Positions 26,617 through 33,977 of a DNA stretch of 64,000 bases are shown here, piece after piece; position 1 is the first letter of the stretch, and the number at the start of each line of letters is the position of its first letter. A model generated the notes under the pieces. It was not told the DNA's origin, did no database searches, and saw nothing but the letters and a program-made list of their open reading frames with translations. The position numbers and the translations under genes are program-made. Origin of the DNA: an uncultured Verrucomicrobiota bacterium (GTDB taxonomy: Bacteria; Verrucomicrobiota; Kiritimatiellia; CAJWTS01); assembly GCA_913047795.1 (NCBI GenBank), contig CAJWTS010000008.1, forward strand, positions 16,634 through 80,633. Reading direction: 5' to 3'.

Positions 26617-28017
26617 ATGGCCAAACTCATAAGAATGCCCGACCTGGGAACGACCGTCGACAGTCTCGTTATCAACGCATGGTTGATCGAGCCCGGTCAG
26701 TCGGTCGAACTCGGGCAGCCGCTCGCGGAGATCGAGACCGACAAGGCCGTCAACGAACTCGAAAGCGTGGCAGCGGGCACCTTGCTCAAGATCGTCGCTG
26801 AGACCGGCGCCGAGGTGCAAACGGGCGACGTCATCGCCGTGATCGGAGAACCGGGCGAAGACATCGAAGCCGCGCTGCAGGGAGAGACAACCCCCGCCGT
26901 GCCGCCGAGCGCGCCAGTCCGTCGCGAACCTGCGCAGCCCGAACCCGTCGCGAGTCCGGCGCCGAGCGGAGAGCGCGTTATCGTCCAGGGCGTCAGACCG
27001 GAAAACGACGCGCCCGCAATCTATACCTACGCGCCCGATACGCAACCTGACTGTGCCGGCTACGAGACACCGTTCCTGCTTAACCTCTACCAGGAAATGC
27101 AGCGCATTCGGCGCTTCGAAGAACGCGTACGCCTGCTCTTCCTCGAGGGCATCATGCCGGGCACGATCCATCAATGTGACGGACAGGAGGCCTGCGCGGT
27201 CGGCGTCTGCGCAACGCTTCAGGACGGCGACGTGATCACCTCAACGCATCGTCCACACGGTCACGCCGTCGCGCGCGGACTACCGATAAAGGAGTTGATG
27301 TCCGAGCTGTTCGGTCGAGACGACGGTTGCTGCCGGGGCAAGGGCGGATCGATGCATTTCGGCGATTTGGCGCGCGGCATGGTTCCTGCCATCGCCACCG
27401 TGGGCAGCAATGTTCCGATCACCGCCGGCGTCGGCCTGGCTTTCAAACTGCGTGCCGAAGAGCGCGTGGCCGTCAGTTTCTTTGGCGATGGTGCAACAAA
27501 TGAAGGCGCCTTCCACGAAGGGCTTAACCTGGCGGCGGTATGGGGACTGCCCTGTATCTTCGTCTGCGAAAACAATTACTACGGGGCCTCGACACCCGTG
27601 CATCAATCGATGGCCGCCAAGGACATTGCCGATCGCGCGGCCGCCTACGGAATCGAGGGTAAAATCGTTGATGGCAATGATGTGCTGGCCGTCTACGAAG
27701 CCGTCGGCGCAGCCGTCGCCAACGCACGCGCGGGCGGTGGTCCGGCATTCCTGGAGCTCAAGACGTATCGACTCTGCGGGCATTCGCGCCGCGACGCGCG
27801 CGACTATCAACCGGACGAAGAGAAGGAATTCTGGCAGGGACGCGAACCGATCAGTCGACTGCGCCAGAGCATGCTCAACGCCGGGCTCGCCGAACAGGAC
27901 GCCTTCGATCAAGTTGACGCACAGGTCGAGGCCGAGCTCGACGCGGCGATCGAACATGCGCAGGCCGCACCCTTTCCCGACGGCGCCGACGCCCTGGAGC
28001 ACGTCTGGGCCCCATGA
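26617..28017 (+). CDS. 2-oxoacid dehydrogenase E1 alpha subunit (TPP-dependent) with an N-terminal lipoyl domain
   Basis: aa 1-80 form a lipoyl domain with IETDKAV (Lys43, nt 26743-26745). A Pro/Ala-rich linker follows. The E1 alpha core has GKGGSMH and the TPP motif GDGATNEGAFHEGLNLAAVWGLPCIFVCENN. Confidence 0.85.
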   Translation: MAKLIRMPDLGTTVDSLVINAWLIEPGQSVELGQPLAEIETDKAVNELESVAAGTLLKIVAETGAEVQTGDVIAVIGEPGEDIEAALQGETTPAVPPSAPVRREPAQPEPVASPAPSGERVIVQGVRPENDAPAIYTYAPDTQPDCAGYETPFLLNLYQEMQRIRRFEERVRLLFLEGIMPGTIHQCDGQEACAVGVCATLQDGDVITSTHRPHGHAVARGLPIKELMSELFGRDDGCCRGKGGSMHFGDLARGMVPAIATVGSNVPITAGVGLAFKLRAEERVAVSFFGDGATNEGAFHEGLNLAAVWGLPCIFVCENNYYGASTPVHQSMAAKDIADRAAAYGIEGKIVDGNDVLAVYEAVGAAVANARAGGGPAFLELKTYRLCGHSRRDARDYQPDEEKEFWQGREPISRLRQSMLNAGLAEQDAFDQVDAQVEAELDAAIEHAQAAPFPDGADALEHVWAP

Positions 28018-29033
28018 GCCGCCACCTGTCTATCGCCGAGTCCCTGCGCGAAGCCATCATCGAAGAGATGGAACGGGACGGGTCTGTCTTCTGCATGGGT
28101 GAGGACATTGGTATTCCCGGCGGTTGGGGCGGTGCCTTCACCGTGACGCTCGGCCTCGAAGAACGCTTTCGCAATCGCGTCATCGATACACCGATTTCGG
28201 AGAACGGATTCGTGGGAGCGGGTGTTGGCGCGGCGATGATGGGCCTGCGTCCCATTGTCGATCTTCAATACGCTGATTTCATCTTCTGTGCCATGGATCA
28301 GGTTGTGGGCAACGCCGCCAAGATGCGCTACATGTCCGGCGGAAAACTCAGTGTTCCGATGGTCCTGCGCGCCCCGGTCGGCATCACCGGACGTGGGGCA
28401 CAGCACGCGGGCAACCCGGAGTCGTACTTCATGGGCACGGCGGGTCTCAAGATCGTTACCGTCTCAACGGCTTACGACGCCAAGGGACTGCTCAAGTCCG
28501 CGGTTCGCGACAACAACCCGGTCCTGTTTTTTGAACATAAATTGCTATACGGGTCCAAAGGTGCCCGTGCGGAATCCGGGGCAGTGGATGGATCCAGCGA
28601 CGTCCCGGACGGCGAATATACGATCCCGATCGGCGAAGCCGCCCTACGACGCGAAGGTGGCGACGTCACGATCATCGGCTGGCTCTTGATGGCGCATTTC
28701 GCGGCGCAGGCCGGCGACTTGCTCGCCAAAGAGGGGATTGAGGCTGAGGTTATTGATCTGCGCAGCCTCGTGCCGATGGATTTTGACGCGATTGCCGCCT
28801 CGGTTAAGAAGACCGGGCGCCTCGTCATCGCCGAAGAGGGCCCCGCACGCGGCGGCATCGCCGCCGAGATCGCTGCGCGGTGCGCCGAAGAGCTGGCTGA
28901 TTATCTCGATGCACCGATCCGGCGCGTCGCCTCGCCCAATGTTCCCCCGCCCTTCTCACCACCGATGGAGGCCTTTTATCGGCCCGATGCGGCGCGCATT
29001 GCTGACGCAGCCAGGGAGAGCGTCGCGGGTTGA
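28014..29033 (+). CDS. 2-oxoacid dehydrogenase E1 beta subunit
   Basis: REAIIEEMERDGSVFCMGEDIG...GGAF..T.GL...FG..RVIDTPISENGF. 339 aa. ATGA overlap with the alpha subunit (28014-28017). Confidence 0.9.
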   Translation: MSRHLSIAESLREAIIEEMERDGSVFCMGEDIGIPGGWGGAFTVTLGLEERFRNRVIDTPISENGFVGAGVGAAMMGLRPIVDLQYADFIFCAMDQVVGNAAKMRYMSGGKLSVPMVLRAPVGITGRGAQHAGNPESYFMGTAGLKIVTVSTAYDAKGLLKSAVRDNNPVLFFEHKLLYGSKGARAESGAVDGSSDVPDGEYTIPIGEAALRREGGDVTIIGWLLMAHFAAQAGDLLAKEGIEAEVIDLRSLVPMDFDAIAASVKKTGRLVIAEEGPARGGIAAEIAARCAEELADYLDAPIRRVASPNVPPPFSPPMEAFYRPDAARIADAARESVAG

Positions 29034-29101
29034 GGCCGGCAGGGAACGGATCCTGTTTTCCAGGAGAACCGCGACGTCCCCGGTGCACGAGCGAGGTGAG
29101 C

Positions 29102-29149
29102 GCGGTATATACCCGGAGCCGGTCTACCCGATGCGATAGTATATACCGC
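29102..29149. repeat. Pair of palindromic GTATATACC-core sites (perfect 11-bp inverted repeat GCGGTATATAC / GTATATACCGC)
   Basis: The arms are 29102-29112 and 29139-29149 with a 26-nt spacer. The core GGTATATACC is itself palindromic. The repeat lies between the E1 beta stop (29033) and the DUF1805 start (29166). Confidence 0.6.
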
Positions 29150-29165
29150 TGAAAGACGTGGTCCT

Positions 29166-29510
29166 ATGCATACAGAAAACAGACTGCCACATGCTGAGCA
29201 GCGAACGCTGCAGACGCCGCATGGCGCGGTGATCGGATCGAGCTTTAGCTGGCCGGGTGGACAGTACTGCGCCATTCACACGGCGAGGGGCGTGCTCGGC
29301 TGCGGGATTTACGACATCGGGGTTGCCAACGAATTTGACATGGCTTTCGCGATCGCAAAGGGCACGCCGGAAAAACCGTTGCGTGTGCCGAAAGATCTGT
29401 ACGACGCGAACGTGGTGGCCGTCAGCGACGCCGCTGCGCGGTTGGGCATCACGCCCGGCATGACGGGCCTGCAGGCCCTGGAGCAGTTCCTGAGGGCGGA
29501 AGCCACCTGA
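29166..29510 (+). CDS. DUF1805 (YunC-like) protein
   Basis: 114 aa. WPGGQYCAIHTARGVLGCGIYDI...AKG...PL..P.DL resembles the YunC family. Assignment is from memory. Confidence 0.65.
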   Translation: MHTENRLPHAEQRTLQTPHGAVIGSSFSWPGGQYCAIHTARGVLGCGIYDIGVANEFDMAFAIAKGTPEKPLRVPKDLYDANVVAVSDAAARLGITPGMTGLQALEQFLRAEAT

Positions 29511-29748
29511 CACCCGCTGGATTCTGTGCGCATCAGCGTCGATACGCCGCCACGCACAGGTGGTGGAGACGCGGCTTGTATACAGCCGTCGCGTTTCGCA
29601 TTCGGCCTCCCGATTTCGAAGGTCTTTGGCGCGGACGATAGGGGTCTTAATGAAAGTGTCCTGACAACTTGTCGTTGGCTTTCGTGCGGCATAGACTAAG
29701 CTGCACGATCCGGAATGGATCTGAATTTGTAACCGTCATGGAGTTCTT

Positions 29749-30693
29749 ATGGCGCCATACCGCCTTAAACATCGGATCGAGTATTGGGCAATGCGGGGAT
29801 TCGGCTTTCTGCTTGCCCACACGCCCTATCCAGTAGCGCTCTTCATCGGGTGGCAACTGGCATGGTTCTCTCACTACGTGCTCAGGTACCGACGCGAGGT
29901 AGCCTATGCCCGCATCCGCGAAGTCTTTCCTGATGCAGACGAACGCAGGGTGAAGCACATTGCCTGGTTGGGGTGGCGTGATTTTGTTTTCAATGCGGTC
30001 GAAATGTTTCGATTGCCCCGCGTGGATCAGAAATGGATTGAAAAACACGTGATCGATTGGGAGCAGACGCGGGACGTCATACAGCGGCACTGCAAATCCG
30101 GTCAAGGCGCAGTGGTTGCTTCGCCGCATATCGGGGCCGCGGAGTTGGCGGCCGTCTGTCTTCAGAGGTTCGATACGCCGATATTCTTGATTACCGGAAA
30201 ACAGAAAAACCCGCTAACCGATGCCCGGCTGAATGAAATGCGTTCTTCAACCGGCATGTCCTATGTTCAGGTCGGATCGTCCATGCTGAAGGCCGTCATT
30301 CGACGTCTTCGCGATGGTGGGATATTGGCTTTCCAGGCAGATCTCCGCGTCGCCAAAGGTGGCATCGAAGTCGACCTGCTCGGAACCACGGCCAGCGTGG
30401 CACCCGGAATGGCGATGTTCGCGAATCAGACCAATGTTCCCATTCTGCCCATGCTTGTCACCCGCCATGGTTGGACACGACATAAGATGGAGTTCCAGGA
30501 TCCCATTCTTCCCGACCCGGATTCTCCGAAGAAAGAGGATCAGAAACGGTTGACGCGAGAAATGTTCGTCATGGTTGATAAGGCTGTCAGAGACTTTCCG
30601 GAACAATGGTTCTGGTACAATAAGAGCTGGATTCTGGCACCCGTTCCCGACGAACAGTCCGAACCGGCAGAAGCCAAGCAAACGAATCCGTGA
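29749..30693 (+). CDS. Lysophospholipid/lipid A acyltransferase (LpxL/HtrB family)
   Basis: 314 aa with an N-terminal membrane helix. ASPHIGAAE is an HX4(D/E) acyltransferase motif. The C-terminus has the typical PEQWFWYNKSW. Confidence 0.75.
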   Translation: MAPYRLKHRIEYWAMRGFGFLLAHTPYPVALFIGWQLAWFSHYVLRYRREVAYARIREVFPDADERRVKHIAWLGWRDFVFNAVEMFRLPRVDQKWIEKHVIDWEQTRDVIQRHCKSGQGAVVASPHIGAAELAAVCLQRFDTPIFLITGKQKNPLTDARLNEMRSSTGMSYVQVGSSMLKAVIRRLRDGGILAFQADLRVAKGGIEVDLLGTTASVAPGMAMFANQTNVPILPMLVTRHGWTRHKMEFQDPILPDPDSPKKEDQKRLTREMFVMVDKAVRDFPEQWFWYNKSWILAPVPDEQSEPAEAKQTNP

Positions 30694-31544
30694 AATACCC
30701 CTCCGTTCAATCGAGGACGGTCCTCGTCACCGGATGCTCCTCCGGAATCGGCCTGGCCACCGCCCTCTATCTGAAAAACAACGGTTGGCAGGTCTTCCCC
30801 ACCGCGCGAAAAGATGCCGACCTCGCGATGCTGCAGGAGAAGGGCTTCACGGCCATCGCCTGTGATGTAGCTGATCCGCCCTCGGTGGAAAAGGCTGTGG
30901 AAGCAACGTTGGCAGCGAGCAGCGGGCAGTTGGGCGCCGTGGTCAACAACGCGGGGATCGCCCAGATGGGCGCAGTCGAAGACTTGAGCCGCGAAGCCCT
31001 GGTGCGCCAATTTGAGACGAACGTCTTTGGTCCCCACGAACTCACGCATAAGCTGATTCCGGTATTTCGAAGCCAGGGCTGGGGCAGGATCGTGAACGTC
31101 AGTTCCGTCTATGGACTCATCGCGGCGCCCATGTTCGGTGCGTATTGTGCCTCGAAGTACGCCATGGAAGCGCTCTCGGATGCGATGCGCATTGAGTTGC
31201 GAGCCTGTGGTGTTGCCGTGAGCCTGATCGAGCCGGGCCCGATTCTCACGGCGTTCCGAAAGAATGCGGCCAACCACTCGACCCGGAATCTCGATCTAAG
31301 TGCGGGCCGATACGCTCAAAAATACGAACGGAAATTGAGCAACGTAGATCCGCAAATGGATACCCCAAAACCCTTCAGCAAGCCGCCGGAAGCGGTAGCC
31401 AGGAAGATTCTTCACGCCGTGGAATCCAACCGTCCACGCATTCGCTATACCGTGACCTTTCCGGCACAGATGGCCGCGATCCTGCGACGTGTCTTACCCC
31501 CAACCTGGCTGGATGCTCTCCTGGCAAAAAGCGCGCGGGAGTAA
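30690..31544 (+). CDS. Short-chain dehydrogenase/reductase (SDR)
   Basis: VLVTGCSSGIGLATA (TGxxxGIG), NNAG, and YCASKYAMEA (YxxxK). The GTG start overlaps the upstream stop (GTGA 30690-30693). Confidence 0.85.
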   Translation: MKYPSVQSRTVLVTGCSSGIGLATALYLKNNGWQVFPTARKDADLAMLQEKGFTAIACDVADPPSVEKAVEATLAASSGQLGAVVNNAGIAQMGAVEDLSREALVRQFETNVFGPHELTHKLIPVFRSQGWGRIVNVSSVYGLIAAPMFGAYCASKYAMEALSDAMRIELRACGVAVSLIEPGPILTAFRKNAANHSTRNLDLSAGRYAQKYERKLSNVDPQMDTPKPFSKPPEAVARKILHAVESNRPRIRYTVTFPAQMAAILRRVLPPTWLDALLAKSARE

Positions 31545-31596
31545 AGCGGCCCTCCAGGGCTACATGAGCCGCGGCCTCAGTGAGCTTTAGACCGTC

Positions 31597-33846
31597 CTAG
31601 CCTGGAGCAACCAAGACGTCGACGTCCTTCCGGCGCGATTCAGGGGAGACCTTCAATTCGACGAGTTTTCCCGCCTTCATGCTGCCTTCGACGACCGTCT
31701 TGTAAGGCGCGTGCATTTTGAACTCCACATCCCAGTCGCTGGGCCAGGCCGGAAACAGATAAATCTTGCGCCCGTCCGTCTGCATGAGCATCGCTTGAAG
31801 TGTCTTGAGCAGGACGCCCCCGTGACATTGATCCGGGGTCCAGTCGTAGTTGGGCCCCCAGAAGGCCGGGAAGCGCGAGTCCGCATTCTTGTTCCGCGCG
31901 CGGCCCACAACACTCTCGCGAACCTGTTCGCTGAGCCCAAGATAGGCCATGAAAATATCATCCTGTCGCCACCCGTGATTGCCTCTGTCCCATCGGTGCT
32001 TTAGCCCTTCGATTCCCAATTCCAAACCGGGCTTGCCGATCGCAACCTGTCGAAAAGGAAACACAGCGTAGAGTTCGGGGTTTTCACAGTTTCGCTTGTC
32101 GGAAAACTGCTCCGCGGGGGCCAGCATGGTCGTGCCGTCAACTTCTCGCGTGGGAAGGTCGGGCACCTTCTTCTTGAGGGCCGTCCAGAATGCTATCTGC
32201 TCGGCCGAAGGGAGTTCGCTTTCCAACGACAAGAGTCGATCCGTCACCGCATGTAAGCCGGCGACTTCGGGCATGGGATTCGTGCAATCCCACCACGTCT
32301 CCAGGGCCTGGGCTGGATGCATGATGAGCTTGCCGCCCGCGTCCGTCCCGTAGTGTTGATCATAGAACGTCAGGATATCGTGGGCCACCGGCAGCAGCAT
32401 GTCGCTCAAGAATGCCTCATCGAGCGTATGCTCATAATAGTCCAGCAACATGTAAACGAACTCCAGGCCCGCCACCCATTCCCATTTATGCCAGGGGCTG
32501 GCCTGGATCTTGTCGGATCGCTCCTCAAAAGGCGTCCACCCGTAGACTTCATTGAACATGTCTCCCCAGAAAAAGATACATTCCGGCACGTATACGCCGT
32601 CGTGATCCGTATGGCGACGGGTTCGATGCCGGAACAGGGGCATCAGATCTTCGCCATACATCTTGAACAGGGGCTGCATCAACTCAAAGTCTCCGGAACT
32701 GCACATGCTGGTGTAGGGAAGGCGCGTATTCTGCCACCAGTAGCCTGGCCCCCATCGCCGGTAATCCGCGTCGCCGGGTTCACCGGCGTGCGCCACGTTA
32801 AAGATCGAGCCGTTAAATTTGATGGGGTATTGCCCGCGTCCCGCGCAAGCATTCATGAAGCGCTGGAGCGCATACATGCGCGCGACCGTGGACGCATCGT
32901 CCTGATCCGCCGTGGTGTCCGTGACATGTATCCAACTCCGGTGCCAGAAATCGCTCCACCACTGCTCATGCGCGGCGCGGCGGCGATCGACAGGAATGCG
33001 CGTGCTGGCGGCAGTCGCCGTATCCACGGCTTCCAGCCACTGTTGCGGCGTACTCGCATGCTCGGTCAGCACGCAAATGCTGAACCGATGCGTCGACGAG
33101 CTGGGAGATCGAAGGTGCCGATCATCCAGTCGTTCTGCGTGCCCGACTGATATCACGGCACCGAATGTTCTATGCAGCAAAGGATCGCCTCGTTCGAAAT
33201 CCTCGACACCCTGCGTCTTCGCATGCGCTGTGGGCCCTACCGACTTAATGTTGTGGTGGTACCAGCCGATACGCCCGTTCAGACCGGACAAGACGGTATC
33301 GGGCTCCACAAGGGTGGGCCCTGGCGGAGGAGGGTCGTCGGGCGTGAAGACACATGGATGCAAGACGTCGCTGGTCTCAAGGCTCGGAAGCACGTAGGGT
33401 TCTTTCCGCCACAATTCGATCGAAGCCGTGGCTTGAATCTCGGTCGCGCTCTCGATATCGACGTGAATTTCAGGATGATTGGCGTCGACCCAGAGACGCA
33501 GCCTGGTCTCCGTGGCACCCTCGCCAACTTGTATGTTTATCGTCCCGTCGAGGAGTGACAGGGCCTGACTGAAAGCCGTGGCCGCACCAGGCGGAACAGG
33601 GTCCATCTGGATTCGAATCTTACCCACCTTGAGCAAGCGGCCGTTGTCACCCCAGCTATCCGTCCTGGAAACGTAAAAAACAAGGTCACCACTATCTTCG
33701 ATCCATGCGTTGAGCCCAATCTCGCCATTTCCCAGCGGCATTGAACCGCTGTGATCCCTGCCCGGGCTGTCCCATACAACGCTATACGTGTCCATCGTGT
33801 TCCCCAACCTGTCGCATGCGCCCGCTTGATTCGTGATCGAAAGCAT
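31597..33846 (-). CDS. GH95-like / DUF5703-type putative glycoside hydrolase
   Basis: 749 aa. The N-terminal SMPLGNGEIGLNAW...VSRTDSWGDNGRLLKVG resembles the PLGNGxLG N-domain of GH95-like proteins. An alternative start is ATG 33795. Confidence 0.55.
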   Translation of the reverse strand: MLSITNQAGACDRLGNTMDTYSVVWDSPGRDHSGSMPLGNGEIGLNAWIEDSGDLVFYVSRTDSWGDNGRLLKVGKIRIQMDPVPPGAATAFSQALSLLDGTINIQVGEGATETRLRLWVDANHPEIHVDIESATEIQATASIELWRKEPYVLPSLETSDVLHPCVFTPDDPPPPGPTLVEPDTVLSGLNGRIGWYHHNIKSVGPTAHAKTQGVEDFERGDPLLHRTFGAVISVGHAERLDDRHLRSPSSSTHRFSICVLTEHASTPQQWLEAVDTATAASTRIPVDRRRAAHEQWWSDFWHRSWIHVTDTTADQDDASTVARMYALQRFMNACAGRGQYPIKFNGSIFNVAHAGEPGDADYRRWGPGYWWQNTRLPYTSMCSSGDFELMQPLFKMYGEDLMPLFRHRTRRHTDHDGVYVPECIFFWGDMFNEVYGWTPFEERSDKIQASPWHKWEWVAGLEFVYMLLDYYEHTLDEAFLSDMLLPVAHDILTFYDQHYGTDAGGKLIMHPAQALETWWDCTNPMPEVAGLHAVTDRLLSLESELPSAEQIAFWTALKKKVPDLPTREVDGTTMLAPAEQFSDKRNCENPELYAVFPFRQVAIGKPGLELGIEGLKHRWDRGNHGWRQDDIFMAYLGLSEQVRESVVGRARNKNADSRFPAFWGPNYDWTPDQCHGGVLLKTLQAMLMQTDGRKIYLFPAWPSDWDVEFKMHAPYKTVVEGSMKAGKLVELKVSPESRRKDVDVLVAPG

Positions 33847-33977
33847 GTGGCCGCACTGACATCACAAGTTGACGCATCTGGCGACGCAAAGTAGCCTTAA
33901 TCTTTCCCATGGGAGCCCGCTTGAACCATCATTCTCATCCTGTCAGATCTTGACGTGAGCCGGGACTCATTACCAAC

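Noticed and set aside
25674-26675. 333-aa minus-strand ORF. Other long antisense ORFs are similar: 9843-10859, 18797-19834, 27280-28002, 32317-33150, 48048-48938 and 62624-63616.
   Set aside because: Each lies opposite a gene with strong family signatures and shows shadow-frame composition.
29568-29596. An imperfect GC-rich hairpin (ACGCGGCT...AGCCGTCGCGT) followed by TTTC, downstream of the DUF1805 gene, as a possible intrinsic terminator.
   Set aside because: The stem needs a 2-nt bulge and the U-tract is only 3 nt, so it is too weak to call.
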